Shown: positions 48,188-58,472 of the stretch, in pieces
Layout: the number at the start of each line of letters is the position of its first letter
How positions within the stretch are numbered: position 1 is the stretch's first letter
NCBI GenBank assembly: GCA_049322915.1
Contig: JBMOPW010000016.1
Coordinates: forward strand, 71,971-135,970
Direction of reading: 5' to 3'
From: Candidatus Zhuqueibacterota bacterium
Lineage (GTDB): Bacteria; Zhuqueibacterota; Zhuqueibacteria; Thermofontimicrobiales; Thermofontimicrobiaceae
Length of the DNA: 64,000 bases
The notes under the pieces: generated by a model
The model's database searches: none
Told to the model about the DNA's origin: nothing
What the model saw: only the letters and a program-made list of their open reading frames with translations
Translations under genes and position numbers: made by a program

Positions 48188-51100
48188 TTATTGAAAACTG
48201 ATACTCCAGCGGAATTTCCAGTGAGGTTCGTACGGGGCGGCATCACCCAGAACCGGGTGACTCAACCAGAATGGGAAATTCAGCCGAATCGTCCGGTTCT
48301 GCTCCAGTATTTGTTTGTGAATTTGCAGCCGCATCCCGGCGTCCATCAGCAGTTTTCCATCGAGATGATTCACGCGCGCGTACGCAGCATCGAAAAACAG
48401 GAGTAATTGAATTGCGCCGGCGTGTTTGCGGAACGGATTCGGCAGAAACCTATCGAATGTGTGATAAACGAGTTCCAGATTGGTGGCGATCAAAGCATCG
48501 CTGGTCAGTGGGTATTTCCCCTGAACAAGCCGGTTGGCATAGCCACATAAACTGGCGTCCCCCGGAAGATAATATTGAATCGCCTGCGGAAACGAACCGG
48601 GTGAGCGTAAATAATGATATTTGAACCGATCCACAGGATTCCCTTCGCCAATCCACAATTGATTCTGGATGGGAACATCGGAATCGCCATTCAGAATGAA
48701 TCCCGCTGAATTTCGAATGAGTATTTGCCACGATTTTTTTATCCTGAGGGATGAATATTTGTCTTCATAAAACAGATACGCGAAATTATAATCGCTCCCC
48801 AGATGCTTGTGGCTGAAAGCGATGGATACATTATGGCTCAACTGCGGCCGGTTGATACCCGTTCTCGTATAGTCGAAATAGAGCTGATTGATCCGGCCTT
48901 TGTCCCATGTCTGAATAGCGATGTCATTGCCGTTCACTCGATAGCGCCGCAAGGTATAGTCAAAGTCAGTCGCTTTGATGTGGCTAAACCCGAAACGATA
49001 GATGCGTTCCGGGGCTGCGTTGAAGCGTGGTGTGAAGTTATAATTGATATTTAAATTTACCTCGCGTCGGCCTTCCATATTTTTGACATAAATATGCCGC
49101 CAGAGATTATCGTTAATAGAATCCCACGGCATGGAAAAACCCAAATTATAGTCCAGCTTACGATTTCTTGTATTGTACCAGAATTGATTGCGCATCACAT
49201 AATATCGGTTCAGGTAACTGCCATTGACTTTCAACCCCAGTTTGACTCCATCCAGATCGTTGTACCAGAGTTGAGGCCAGAGAAATAGCGAGTAGGCATC
49301 GCGCGGCAGCATGTACATGCTGTAAAAATCCGGGTAAATGAATGTCTTAATCGTGAAGTTGCAGTTGTTGAGCCGGTTCAGATCGAGTATTTTATCGTCC
49401 GGATCCAACTGAATCTTTTTCACTTTTGTGGGTGTATTGAACGTGAAGACGTTTGTTTTTTCAAAACCCGGCCATCGCTGTCTGTATTTCTCCCCTGACG
49501 TGGTTGTAACCTCCACTTCCACCGGGCTAATGCCGGACGCCAGCCTGCTGACGATAATTTTTGTCTCCCAGGTATCATCTTCAAGTTTTTGGTAAGTATA
49601 ATCTTTGCAGGCATAATCGACATGGGCGGTCGAATAGAGCCACTGGTTGAACAGCCAGTCCAGATCCTGGCCGCTCACCTGTTCGGACACCGATTGCAGG
49701 CTTGTCGCATCGACATGTTTGAATTGCCAGCGGCGATAATATTCCTTCACGATGTTCCCAAAAATTTCCTCTCCGACGGTGTATTCCAACACAGAAAAGA
49801 ATTTTGCCGGTTTCGCGTAGACGTGAAATGTGTACAGGTAAAGATTATTCAATTCGTAACACGGGTAAGAGAGTGGCCTTTCAAATCCGCTGTAAAAATA
49901 ATTATAGAGTGAATTCATGTATGTATTGGCTGGAAAATTATAGGGTTGAAACTGTTTTCGGAAAAAATCAAGATTGGTGTGCATCGGTGGGGATTGGGAC
50001 TCCGGAGGGTACTGCTTGAGAAACTTGAGCGTCGTATAGGTGACAATCCCTTCGTCCAGCCAGCCATCGCTGAGTTCATTGTTAGCAACTGCTCCGTAAA
50101 AATACTGGTGAGCAATTTCATGCAGAATGAGATCGGTTCGGGGCGAGTTAATCAGAATGATTGTCGGATACTCCATCCCGCCATTGTCAATTTGCTCGCA
50201 GACGGTGATCTTCGGGTAGGGATAGGGACCGATGTTTTCCGTCAGCCACTTGAGGCTCAGTTTTGTATCTGCCAGGGCTTTACTTTTCCACGACGCCAGA
50301 GATTTTTCAGTATAATACACGTCGATTGCTATGCCATTCCAGGTATCGGTTTCATGGAGAAAATCCGGATTGCAGGCCCATGTGAAGTTATGGACATTCT
50401 CCGCGTGATAGGTCAATTCAAGAGTGCGGGTGGAATTGGCCGGGACATCATCATGAATGTCATCCCTGGCCGAATCGGATTCCTGAATTTGGGTAATAAT
50501 TTGAATGGCAGTGTCGTTTTGAAGCTTCATTTCCCGATGCACAAGTTCGCCGGTGGCAGCGACTTTGAACGTTTCCGGCACATTGATCGTGACGTCGAAC
50601 GTGCCGAACTCGCCATAAAACTCGCCAAGCCAATGAGACGGAATAGCGTTCCATCCGTGTTTATCATAGACGCAGACCTTAGGATACCAGTGGCAGAATT
50701 CGAACTGGTTCCCGGCGTAACCCCCTTTGCCTCTATTGTCTGAGTATCTTCTGATTTTCGATTCGAATTTCAGGGAAATGGTAGCTGAGTCCCCCGGCGG
50801 AATGGCCGGCGAATAGCTGAGTTTCAAAATAGTCCCATCGTAAAGAAGTTTGAGGCAATCGATTGAAACCTGCTGCCCGCCCAGTTCCATCCCGACCAAA
50901 TAGACTTTAATCCAGCCGTGAGCCTCTTCGCTTTTATCGCGAATGAGAAAATTCGAATCGATCTCCCGCGATTTGATGGATGTGTCAGTGTAGGCGTTTG
51001 CATAGAGATGGAAATAGATTTCCGAAAGCGAGTCGGGAGAATTGTTGTGGTAAGAAATGAGTTGATGGCCTGAAATTTTTTTCTGTGAGGGGAATAGTTG

Positions 51101-51214
51101 TACATAAATCGTATTATCAACCTGTTGTTGCCAATAATCACTCTGGCAGTATATCTCTTTTGCCATGAATGAATACAGCAATACGAAGAAGGTAATGACG
51201 GAGTATTTTTTCAT
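48188..51214 (-). CDS. Secreted M1 metallopeptidase with long C-terminal beta-rich (possible barrel) region
   Basis: Signal peptide, YWQQQV, WYPK, EFYGEFG, GGMEYP, HEIAHQYF...WLDEG. Ends WKFRWSISFQ. Confidence 0.85.
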   Translation of the reverse strand: MKKYSVITFFVLLYSFMAKEIYCQSDYWQQQVDNTIYVQLFPSQKKISGHQLISYHNNSPDSLSEIYFHLYANAYTDTSIKSREIDSNFLIRDKSEEAHGWIKVYLVGMELGGQQVSIDCLKLLYDGTILKLSYSPAIPPGDSATISLKFESKIRRYSDNRGKGGYAGNQFEFCHWYPKVCVYDKHGWNAIPSHWLGEFYGEFGTFDVTINVPETFKVAATGELVHREMKLQNDTAIQIITQIQESDSARDDIHDDVPANSTRTLELTYHAENVHNFTWACNPDFLHETDTWNGIAIDVYYTEKSLASWKSKALADTKLSLKWLTENIGPYPYPKITVCEQIDNGGMEYPTIILINSPRTDLILHEIAHQYFYGAVANNELSDGWLDEGIVTYTTLKFLKQYPPESQSPPMHTNLDFFRKQFQPYNFPANTYMNSLYNYFYSGFERPLSYPCYELNNLYLYTFHVYAKPAKFFSVLEYTVGEEIFGNIVKEYYRRWQFKHVDATSLQSVSEQVSGQDLDWLFNQWLYSTAHVDYACKDYTYQKLEDDTWETKIIVSRLASGISPVEVEVTTTSGEKYRQRWPGFEKTNVFTFNTPTKVKKIQLDPDDKILDLNRLNNCNFTIKTFIYPDFYSMYMLPRDAYSLFLWPQLWYNDLDGVKLGLKVNGSYLNRYYVMRNQFWYNTRNRKLDYNLGFSMPWDSINDNLWRHIYVKNMEGRREVNLNINYNFTPRFNAAPERIYRFGFSHIKATDFDYTLRRYRVNGNDIAIQTWDKGRINQLYFDYTRTGINRPQLSHNVSIAFSHKHLGSDYNFAYLFYEDKYSSLRIKKSWQILIRNSAGFILNGDSDVPIQNQLWIGEGNPVDRFKYHYLRSPGSFPQAIQYYLPGDASLCGYANRLVQGKYPLTSDALIATNLELVYHTFDRFLPNPFRKHAGAIQLLLFFDAAYARVNHLDGKLLMDAGMRLQIHKQILEQNRTIRLNFPFWLSHPVLGDAAPYEPHWKFRWSISFQ

Positions 51215-51368
51215 TATCCCTCTGGTGACAGGTTTAATGTGCATTTTGGTCAATTCAGGGTGAAAGATCGTTTATCACGAAAAATTCGAACGAGTTATCC
51301 GGAAAGTCGCTGCACGATTTGTGAAAAACGAATTGAAGAAGTTCGGTCAAAAGTAAAGGAATCGCAAT

Positions 51369-52361
51369 TCAATTGAAATGCTCAACGGCGTAACGGAGCT
51401 TAATCGGGTCAATGGGAACCACACCAACTTCTTCACACACAGCGCCAGCAGCGTAGTTGGCTAATGTAATCGCCTCTTTTAAACTGGCGCCAGAAGCCAG
51501 AGCTAACGTAAGGGTGCTGATGACAGTATCGCCTGCTCCCGAAACATCGTGTACTTTTCTCGCTTTCGTCGGGGCTAATGTGAACTCACCGGAAGATTCC
51601 AGCAGACACATCCCGGCTTCACCCAATGTGACTAATACAGCATTGCATTGCAACTTACTCATCAATTTGAGGCAGGACTCCTTGAGAATTTCTTCGGATA
51701 TAATGCGTACTCCCAGCGCTGCTTCGATCTCTTTCCGATTCGGTTTGAAGAGCGTGACTGTCTTGAACGCGAAGAAATTTTCAAATTTCGGATCGACGGT
51801 AACGATCGTTTTTTGGGCGTTCGCTTCCTCAATGGCTTGGGTGATGATGGATTTAGTCAATAAGCCCTTATTGTAATCCTGAAAAATCAGGGCATCGGCC
51901 TGACGCAACGTCTCGCGCACCGCCTGGTTGACTTTCTTTGCAATCGCCGTATCAACTGGATGTCTGGATTCCCGATCAGCCCGAACCACATGCTGGTCAT
52001 TGGCGATGATTCTGGTCTTTATCGCTGTCGGTCTGGATGGGTCTTTGATAATAAATTCAGTTGGGAAACCCAGTTTTTTCAACTGGGATAATAACTGTTC
52101 ACCTTCCTGGTCGTCGCCAATGATCCCGATGGGAATGGGAGTGGCGCCCAACGAAAACAAATTATTCGCAACATTGGCTGCTCCACCTAAACGAGTGAAT
52201 TCTTCGGAAATTTCAACGACAGGTACCGGCGCTTCGGGCGAAATTCGATCGACGATGCCCCACAGGTATCTATCGAGCATCACATCGCCCAGCACGATTA
52301 TTTTTTTGTCTTTAAAAGAGTTAAAGAACGAATCCAGTCGGGGAGAGTCAATGGTTATCAT
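51369..52361 (-). CDS. rfaE1: D-glycero-beta-D-manno-heptose-7-phosphate kinase
   Basis: GDVMLDRYLWG, RISPEAPVPV, LGGAANVA, QDYNKG, VDPK and DVSGAGDTV. Confidence 0.92.
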   Translation of the reverse strand: MITIDSPRLDSFFNSFKDKKIIVLGDVMLDRYLWGIVDRISPEAPVPVVEISEEFTRLGGAANVANNLFSLGATPIPIGIIGDDQEGEQLLSQLKKLGFPTEFIIKDPSRPTAIKTRIIANDQHVVRADRESRHPVDTAIAKKVNQAVRETLRQADALIFQDYNKGLLTKSIITQAIEEANAQKTIVTVDPKFENFFAFKTVTLFKPNRKEIEAALGVRIISEEILKESCLKLMSKLQCNAVLVTLGEAGMCLLESSGEFTLAPTKARKVHDVSGAGDTVISTLTLALASGASLKEAITLANYAAGAVCEEVGVVPIDPIKLRYAVEHFN

Positions 52362-52385
52362 GTAAAATCCTTACGCGAATAATTC

Positions 52386-52414
52386 AATATATAAAATTAA
52401 ACCTGCGATGTCAA
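52386..52414 (-). promoter_or_regulatory. Sigma70 promoter for rfaE1
   Basis: TTGACA-17 nt-TATATT. Confidence 0.7.
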
Positions 52415-52488
52415 TTAAAATTTAACAAATTTAAAAATAAAAAATTATTCTTATTGCGAATGAATTGCTATTAGACATTATTGTTGAA

Positions 52489-52983
52489 TCAAAGGTCAAT
52501 AATGCGCGCCGAGTGCGTGGTGACATCCCAGATGGCGACGGTGCTTTTGCCAGTGAGCCAGCCACCGCATTCCCCGGGATTAATGACCAATGCTCCGTCA
52601 GGATTCAATTCAATGAGAGCTGTATGGTCATGGCCATAAATGAGGACGTCGTAACCCTTCAGAATTTTCTGGTCCTCTAAAAACATGGCGTCATGAAGAA
52701 TAATAACCTTTTTATTATTAATGGTCATTCGATGCGGCGGTTGAAATACATGGCCGTCGAAGGCGCGATACAATCCCAAGATTTCTCCATCATTATTGCC
52801 GAGGATAATTTTAAAGGGACAGTGAAGTTTTTTTATCTCGCGAGCCGTGAAAGGCGCCACCACATCCCCGGCATGAATGACAAAATCCATTTCAGCGTCG
52901 TTGAACAACTCGATGGCCGCGCGTATTTTCGGCATATTGTCGTGGCTGTCGGACATGATCCCGACTTTTCTCACATTTTCCAT
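52489..52983 (-). CDS. YfcE/MJ0936-like metallophosphoesterase
   Basis: SDSHDN, HAGD, GNND, YGHDH and INPGE. Confidence 0.88.
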   Translation of the reverse strand: MENVRKVGIMSDSHDNMPKIRAAIELFNDAEMDFVIHAGDVVAPFTAREIKKLHCPFKIILGNNDGEILGLYRAFDGHVFQPPHRMTINNKKVIILHDAMFLEDQKILKGYDVLIYGHDHTALIELNPDGALVINPGECGGWLTGKSTVAIWDVTTHSARIIDL

Positions 52984-53363
52984 AGCAGTCTCAGATGAAT
53001 CGTTTGGCTATTCCAAATTTATGAATGAGTTGACTCTAAAAAGTCATAAAAAGCGTTGATATGTTGGTTGCGATATCTTTTCCACATTATAAATGCCGTG
53101 GCTATTCAATTGAAAAAAGTAAAGGTTAGATAACCTGAATATCCCCTTTACGCTGCGCGCCGCCCCTGTTTCGGCAGTTGAATCACGAGGAGAATTTCAA
53201 TGCATGATACCTGATCTTCCCCAATTTCCTCCGCATTGGAGCGATTGCTTTTTGCCTTCCGCCTGTTTTCGAAAATCGTCACGGGTCTCCATTGTCAGTA
53301 GCCTGATGTAAAGCATGATGGGGAGCGATGCCGCCAAAATCGGCGCCAGAACTGCGGGCATCA

Positions 53364-56285
53364 TCAATGCAATTTGAATTCAATAGGAACAGTGAAAATC
53401 TGACGTAATAGATTCCGGTCGATGAATTCGATTTCACCAAAAATGACAAATCCTTCCGGGGCAATTCTTGGACTCTTCTCCAGCGTAAATTCACACTCCT
53501 TCTGAATGAGCGGATAGAGCTTGAAAATCCGTTCATTATCCTGGTATATTTTAATGGTGATCGTGTCCTTCAGCAAATATCTCTCCAGCAGGGTGAAGGT
53601 CCATTGCGTATTTTTGTATGGATCTGTAAATGCCGGGACCATTTCCAGCGTATAGGAGTCATCGTACAGCGTGCTAAGACTGATTTTTATTTCATTCTCA
53701 TGAAACGCCTCCTTGTACACTGCCGTACCGCGCGAATTGTATATGTTCACCGCAACGTCTGTCATTTGCAAAAATGACGCTTCATCGATTCGAATGAAAA
53801 ATTCAGCGGAATTCGCGCCGGCTTCGATAGAAAAATCATAGGTAAAAATATCGCTAACCCGCGTGATATTCTCCTGATTTCTCTGGAAGCCTGAAATTTT
53901 ACCGCGGCTGAAGCCATGAAACGGCACGTTGAATAAATTTGTCACCTTGAAATAGCCGTTTGGTTCCTGACCCACTTCGAAATGAAAATTGGATATCAGG
54001 GTCGGCTCAACCATGAAGCCGCAGAAAGCGATTTCCAGATTGTAGGTGGATGTCTCACGATTCATGAAATCAGCGTAAATGGCAATCTCCCAAATACCCG
54101 GCGTCAGGGCATCCTGGGGTATCTGCCTGATCTCTTCGTTTTCTTCGGCTGAACTGATGGCGCCGATATGAACATATTGTGACCCATCCGGCTTGAAGGC
54201 GAAACATTCGACGTCACAAAATGCGCTCCTGGCTGGCGAAACTGCGATACTGGCCGAGGTCGCCCCTGTTGGTACAAGAATGAAATATCGCTCCACCTGT
54301 CCGGCTGGCAGTTTCTGTTCAAAGAATTTGTGTTGGTATCTGTTGCCCTGATCGAAGATGAACGGCACGATAACCGTGTTCAGCAGCTCGAATTCCGCGC
54401 ATTGTTTTGCGGATTGCCCGGGCTGCTGATTTCGAAAACCGTAAATTTTTCCGCAATACAGTCCTGGTTTCGTAAGCTGTTTTTGATCGTATCTCACCTC
54501 GACTTCAGCGGCGTTCTCGCCTTTCAGATAGATTGAATTCTTTGTTGCTGAAAGCCAGGGATGCGAAGATTTGAGATGGAACGATCTGAAAAAATCAGCA
54601 CTGGAATCTGCATCCACCTCCAGGTTAAATCGTGGACGAATCATGAATTTCTGAAGGTCGCGATCCGCCGGAAAATAACCAGCCGCTCGCCAGAATGCGG
54701 TTTCGCCTTCGCCGTCCATCAGGCCCGGGCTTTCCGTGGTCACTGAATACGTCACAATCGCCTCGTCTCTGTGGTCGTTCGAATAGTAGTTCAACCATTG
54801 GAACGCCTGATTCATTTGAATCAGCCCGGCGCCCTGATCCAGAAAGCCGTAATCATCGAGGGCGAGTGCAGTATTTTTCAATGCGCGTTTGAGCAGAAAA
54901 TTGTGAATCAGAAGTTTCGGCTGAGACTGACTCGCAGCGCTCCACAGAATGGCTGCCGCGCCGGCGACCTGAGGCGCTGCCATGCTCGTTCCGCGCATGA
55001 CGTCGCTCTGGGAAAATCTGGGAACAGTCGACGACGCCAGTCCCGGGGCAACGGCATCTGGTTTGTTCAATTCACCGCCTCGGGCGCTGAAATAAAAAAT
55101 CATGTCACGGCTGAGTTCTGCCCCGTACAGATCATGCGCGCTGGTCCTGTTCAGCAGTGCGCCAACGGTGAAGGCCAGATTTGAAGCAGCCGGCGTGCCC
55201 ACCGTGGAAATGCCCGGCCCTTCGTTGCCGGCGCTGACGCTGACAAAAATGCTGTCATTGTACGCCAGCAGATTGTCAATCAACTCGTCGATCTGGCTTT
55301 GGCCTTCCCGAACCGAACCAATGCCGTAACTGATATTCACAATGGCCGGCGACTTATGGTCACGGGTATAGCGTTCGACAAAATCGATGGCTTTTTTGAT
55401 ACTGCCGCTGACGGTGCAGCCGCCTTTAAATGTGCCATTGCCTATTTTTAGACTGACGATTTGTGCCCCGGGCGCGATGCCGTTAAATCCTTTCTCGCCA
55501 TTGATTTCAAATCCGGCGGCGATTCCTGAGACGTGAGTGCCGTGTCCGTCATCGTCGAAGTGGAACGACACTTTCATTTCATCGGGAAGAATATTGATGG
55601 CAAAATTCATGGGTCGATAATGATACTTTTTATCGCCGCCGCGCAACTGAAATGAATCGAATTGAACATGGTAATCCCGAATCGGTTTTTCATCATCGAC
55701 GTGGCCGTCGCCATCGGTGTCGACAAAGGCGATCCAGATGAGGGAATCCGCGGTCTCGCTTTCAAACACCAGGACTCCGAACGTATCATCAAACTGCCCG
55801 TTGTTGTTGATGTCGCGAACTTCAGAATTTTGGAAATTGTGCTCGTCGAGATAGCCAATCAGAAATTCATTCTCGATGGGCTTTATCGATAGGCGTTGAT
55901 AATTGTACAAGCGCAGCCCGGAAGGATGTTGAATGTAATATTCCTGACCTTCGGCGCCAGGCTCGCCGGGATAGAGCGTCACATCACCCTGACCGGAAAA
56001 ATCCTGCACATCCATGACTTTTACCAACCCTGTCGATGTTTTCGTGAGACCGGCTACGCCCATGTCCACGCCGCTATCCAGAATGAATATCGTACACCCC
56101 CGGCCATCGAAATCCGGATGCTTCTCAATGAACTGCTTCGCGCCAATAGTGCTCGTGGAGAGGTAACTCCAATCGAATGGATCGGCGGATTGTCCCCAGA
56201 CAGGCGCTGAAAATTGAGGCGCCACGAGAGTGAAAAATGTACCAAATGCGACTGCGAATCCTCTGATGCGATTCTGAACGAACAT
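53364..56285 (-). CDS. Secreted S8 serine peptidase, tripeptidyl-peptidase II-like
   Basis: ILDSGVD, a long D-to-H insertion, DGHGTHVSGIAAG, SAGNEGPG, FSARG and GTSMAAP. N-terminal signal-like segment. Confidence 0.85.
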   Translation of the reverse strand: MFVQNRIRGFAVAFGTFFTLVAPQFSAPVWGQSADPFDWSYLSTSTIGAKQFIEKHPDFDGRGCTIFILDSGVDMGVAGLTKTSTGLVKVMDVQDFSGQGDVTLYPGEPGAEGQEYYIQHPSGLRLYNYQRLSIKPIENEFLIGYLDEHNFQNSEVRDINNNGQFDDTFGVLVFESETADSLIWIAFVDTDGDGHVDDEKPIRDYHVQFDSFQLRGGDKKYHYRPMNFAINILPDEMKVSFHFDDDGHGTHVSGIAAGFEINGEKGFNGIAPGAQIVSLKIGNGTFKGGCTVSGSIKKAIDFVERYTRDHKSPAIVNISYGIGSVREGQSQIDELIDNLLAYNDSIFVSVSAGNEGPGISTVGTPAASNLAFTVGALLNRTSAHDLYGAELSRDMIFYFSARGGELNKPDAVAPGLASSTVPRFSQSDVMRGTSMAAPQVAGAAAILWSAASQSQPKLLIHNFLLKRALKNTALALDDYGFLDQGAGLIQMNQAFQWLNYYSNDHRDEAIVTYSVTTESPGLMDGEGETAFWRAAGYFPADRDLQKFMIRPRFNLEVDADSSADFFRSFHLKSSHPWLSATKNSIYLKGENAAEVEVRYDQKQLTKPGLYCGKIYGFRNQQPGQSAKQCAEFELLNTVIVPFIFDQGNRYQHKFFEQKLPAGQVERYFILVPTGATSASIAVSPARSAFCDVECFAFKPDGSQYVHIGAISSAEENEEIRQIPQDALTPGIWEIAIYADFMNRETSTYNLEIAFCGFMVEPTLISNFHFEVGQEPNGYFKVTNLFNVPFHGFSRGKISGFQRNQENITRVSDIFTYDFSIEAGANSAEFFIRIDEASFLQMTDVAVNIYNSRGTAVYKEAFHENEIKISLSTLYDDSYTLEMVPAFTDPYKNTQWTFTLLERYLLKDTITIKIYQDNERIFKLYPLIQKECEFTLEKSPRIAPEGFVIFGEIEFIDRNLLRQIFTVPIEFKLH

Positions 56286-56374
56286 GGTGAACTCCCTGTT
56301 GCGATGCATTGACTTTTCAAATGGATGTTCCTGAGCGCGATTTACTGACCTGTCCGGCGGCGCGCCGGCTGGCT

Positions 56375-56722
56375 TCAGGTGATGCGAACCCGGTAACCCA
56401 AAGCGGTCAACTTCCCGTTGATCAGATTGCGCTTATCGCCCTGAATTTCGATGACATGGTCTTTGACTGTCCCACCACTGCTACAGGCCTGCTTCAATTG
56501 TCGCGCCAACGCCTCCAGAGTCGCCGTGGTGTGTTGCAAGCCTATAACCTGCGTGACGACTTTGCCCTTCCGGCCGCTCCTATCCAGTTTCAGGGTGACC
56601 TGTTGTCGCTCGGGGGGAATGTCCACTCCGGGTTCAGGGCGCGAACTCGCATTCTTTTCATCAATGAATTGACGCGTTTCCGGATCGGTGGAATAGACCA
56701 ATTTTGAATTATTGTCGGGCAT
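56375..56722 (-). CDS. yciH: SUI1/eIF1-like translation factor
   Basis: LVYSTD, RSGRKGKVVT and LKQACSSGGTVKD...EIQGD. Confidence 0.88.
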   Translation of the reverse strand: MPDNNSKLVYSTDPETRQFIDEKNASSRPEPGVDIPPERQQVTLKLDRSGRKGKVVTQVIGLQHTTATLEALARQLKQACSSGGTVKDHVIEIQGDKRNLINGKLTALGYRVRIT

Positions 56723-56831
56723 ACTTTCCTGAATGATAGAACCTCCGGCCTGAACAATGGATTGACCTGCCTCTCCATGAGAATTCCATGTCATTTCGGA
56801 GAACATGAAAACTCAAAGCGTAAGGCGGAGC

Positions 56832-56860
56832 AATATAGAAAGCCAAGTTTAAAATAGCAA
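56832..56860 (-). promoter_or_regulatory. Putative sigma70 promoter for yciH (and possibly the S8 peptidase)
   Basis: TTGCTA-17 nt-TATATT. Confidence 0.5.
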
Positions 56861-57057
56861 GAAAAAATTTTGTATGTGTGTAAAACATCACTTTTAAAAA
56901 ATTCGGGAGACGGCTTTCTGTTTTGAACTGCGGGATTGAGCATCGATTCAGGAAAGTCAGGTTCCGGGTTTGAGCGGTAGAGTCAAATCCGGTGCGGCAA
57001 AATGGTATAAAATTCTGCCTGTACGATTCGATTCAAAGGGTGCATGTTAAAAAAGAC

Positions 57058-57086
57058 TTGACTATTTGAAATGGTTTTGATATATT
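57058..57086 (+). promoter_or_regulatory. Sigma70 promoter for the outer-membrane protein
   Basis: TTGACT-17 nt-TATATT. Confidence 0.65.
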
Positions 57087-57136
57087 TGCGGACGTTTTTT
57101 TTAACGACAACAAACAAGAATCAATGGAGGTTCGAA

Positions 57137-57925
57137 ATGAAAATCAACTCGAAAGTGCTTCTGCTGGTGGTGGTGTTGCTGGTCGTTTCTATGCCAGTCC
57201 TGGGACAGAACAAGTTAGATAATGTCCGACTTTTTCAGTCATTCTTTTATGATGCTCCTATTGCAAAGACCGGTTATGCCGAAGCTGGTCTTGAGTACGC
57301 TGATTACGATGGCATGAGCAAATTTGGCATCGGTGGTCAGGGTGGTTATCCGATCAACGAGAAAATTGAAGTTGGCGCGTCGTTGCAATTCCTCAGTTTG
57401 TCTCCGGAAGAAGGGGATGGACAGTCGGGGATTTCCGATCTGGGCGCTTATGGTCGTTACAATCTGATAAAAAATGGCAAAACCAATTTTTCCGCCGGCG
57501 CTCTTGTCACATTGCCCATTGGCTCGGAAGACATCGGCCAGGGGAACCTGAATTTTGGCGCATTCGGCGCTGTGAGACATGCGTTGGACAATGGGATGGT
57601 CATCGTTGGAAACGCCGGTCTGATTTTTTACGAAGTCACGAAAGTGGAATATGATTTCGATTTTTCAACTGGCGATTACACAACCGAGGAAAGCACATCC
57701 TACGAGAACTACCTGAATTTGAGTGGAGGCGCTATTTACCCTGTCAATGAATTGCTCAATATCGTCGGTGAATTGACGTTCCGCAGTGAAGGCGATTATA
57801 TGATGCTGAGCGGCGGCGGCGATTATCTGATGGGAAATGGCCACCTTCGCGGCGCGCTGGGCATTGGCCTGGACAATGGCGCTCCTGATCTGATGATCAT
57901 GGGCGGCTATCTGATCGCGTTCTAA
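57137..57925 (+). CDS. Outer-membrane beta-barrel protein
   Basis: GGAGG RBS, signal peptide, Gly/aromatic amphipathic strands and terminal Phe. Confidence 0.75.
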   Translation: MKINSKVLLLVVVLLVVSMPVLGQNKLDNVRLFQSFFYDAPIAKTGYAEAGLEYADYDGMSKFGIGGQGGYPINEKIEVGASLQFLSLSPEEGDGQSGISDLGAYGRYNLIKNGKTNFSAGALVTLPIGSEDIGQGNLNFGAFGAVRHALDNGMVIVGNAGLIFYEVTKVEYDFDFSTGDYTTEESTSYENYLNLSGGAIYPVNELLNIVGELTFRSEGDYMMLSGGGDYLMGNGHLRGALGIGLDNGAPDLMIMGGYLIAF

Positions 57926-57947
57926 TCGACGTGTAAATTGTGACTAT

Positions 57948-57984
57948 AAAAAAAGGGTTGCAGCGTTTGCTGTAACCCTTTTTT
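57948..57984. terminator. Bidirectional rho-independent terminator
   Basis: aaaaaaagggttgcagc-gttt-gctgtaacccttttt between convergent genes. Confidence 0.85.
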
Positions 57985-58013
57985 CATTTGAAATCAATTC
58001 ATTCAGGAAACTG

Positions 58014-58418
58014 TCATTCAAATTTTTCGTCGTGCACCAATTCGATCGGCGGCTTTTGCTGCACGGTGAATGCGATTTTGAAATTCAAATCCCGTACCAG
58101 TTGGGAATCAGCGTCCATTACTTTGAACCAAAAATTATTCTCACCTGTCCTGGTCAGCAATTCAACGTCGGGCTTTAACTCGATCCATTCGGAGGGATTA
58201 TAGACCTCAATTGTATTCACAAATATTTTTGCATGTGAAAAGCCAGATGGTTTTTGAATTTCTTTGATGGTGATTTTTTTGATCCCGTCAATTTCTTTGG
58301 TCATCATTCCCAGACCGTAATTGTTCAGGTAGATAGTCTCGGTTTTCTTGCAACCGGATACAAGAATCAGGGCCAGGGTTAAAACCATTATCCATGTACG
58401 TCGCCATTGAAATTTCAT
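58014..58418 (-). CDS. Hypothetical lipoprotein
   Basis: AGGAG RBS, basic N-terminus, hydrophobic core and lipobox-like VSGC. Confidence 0.7.
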   Translation of the reverse strand: MKFQWRRTWIMVLTLALILVSGCKKTETIYLNNYGLGMMTKEIDGIKKITIKEIQKPSGFSHAKIFVNTIEVYNPSEWIELKPDVELLTRTGENNFWFKVMDADSQLVRDLNFKIAFTVQQKPPIELVHDEKFE

Positions 58419-58472
58419 AGAATGCTCCTGTCTCAATGAAGTTTGCACGCTCTCGTTCGTCACTCTGTAAAA

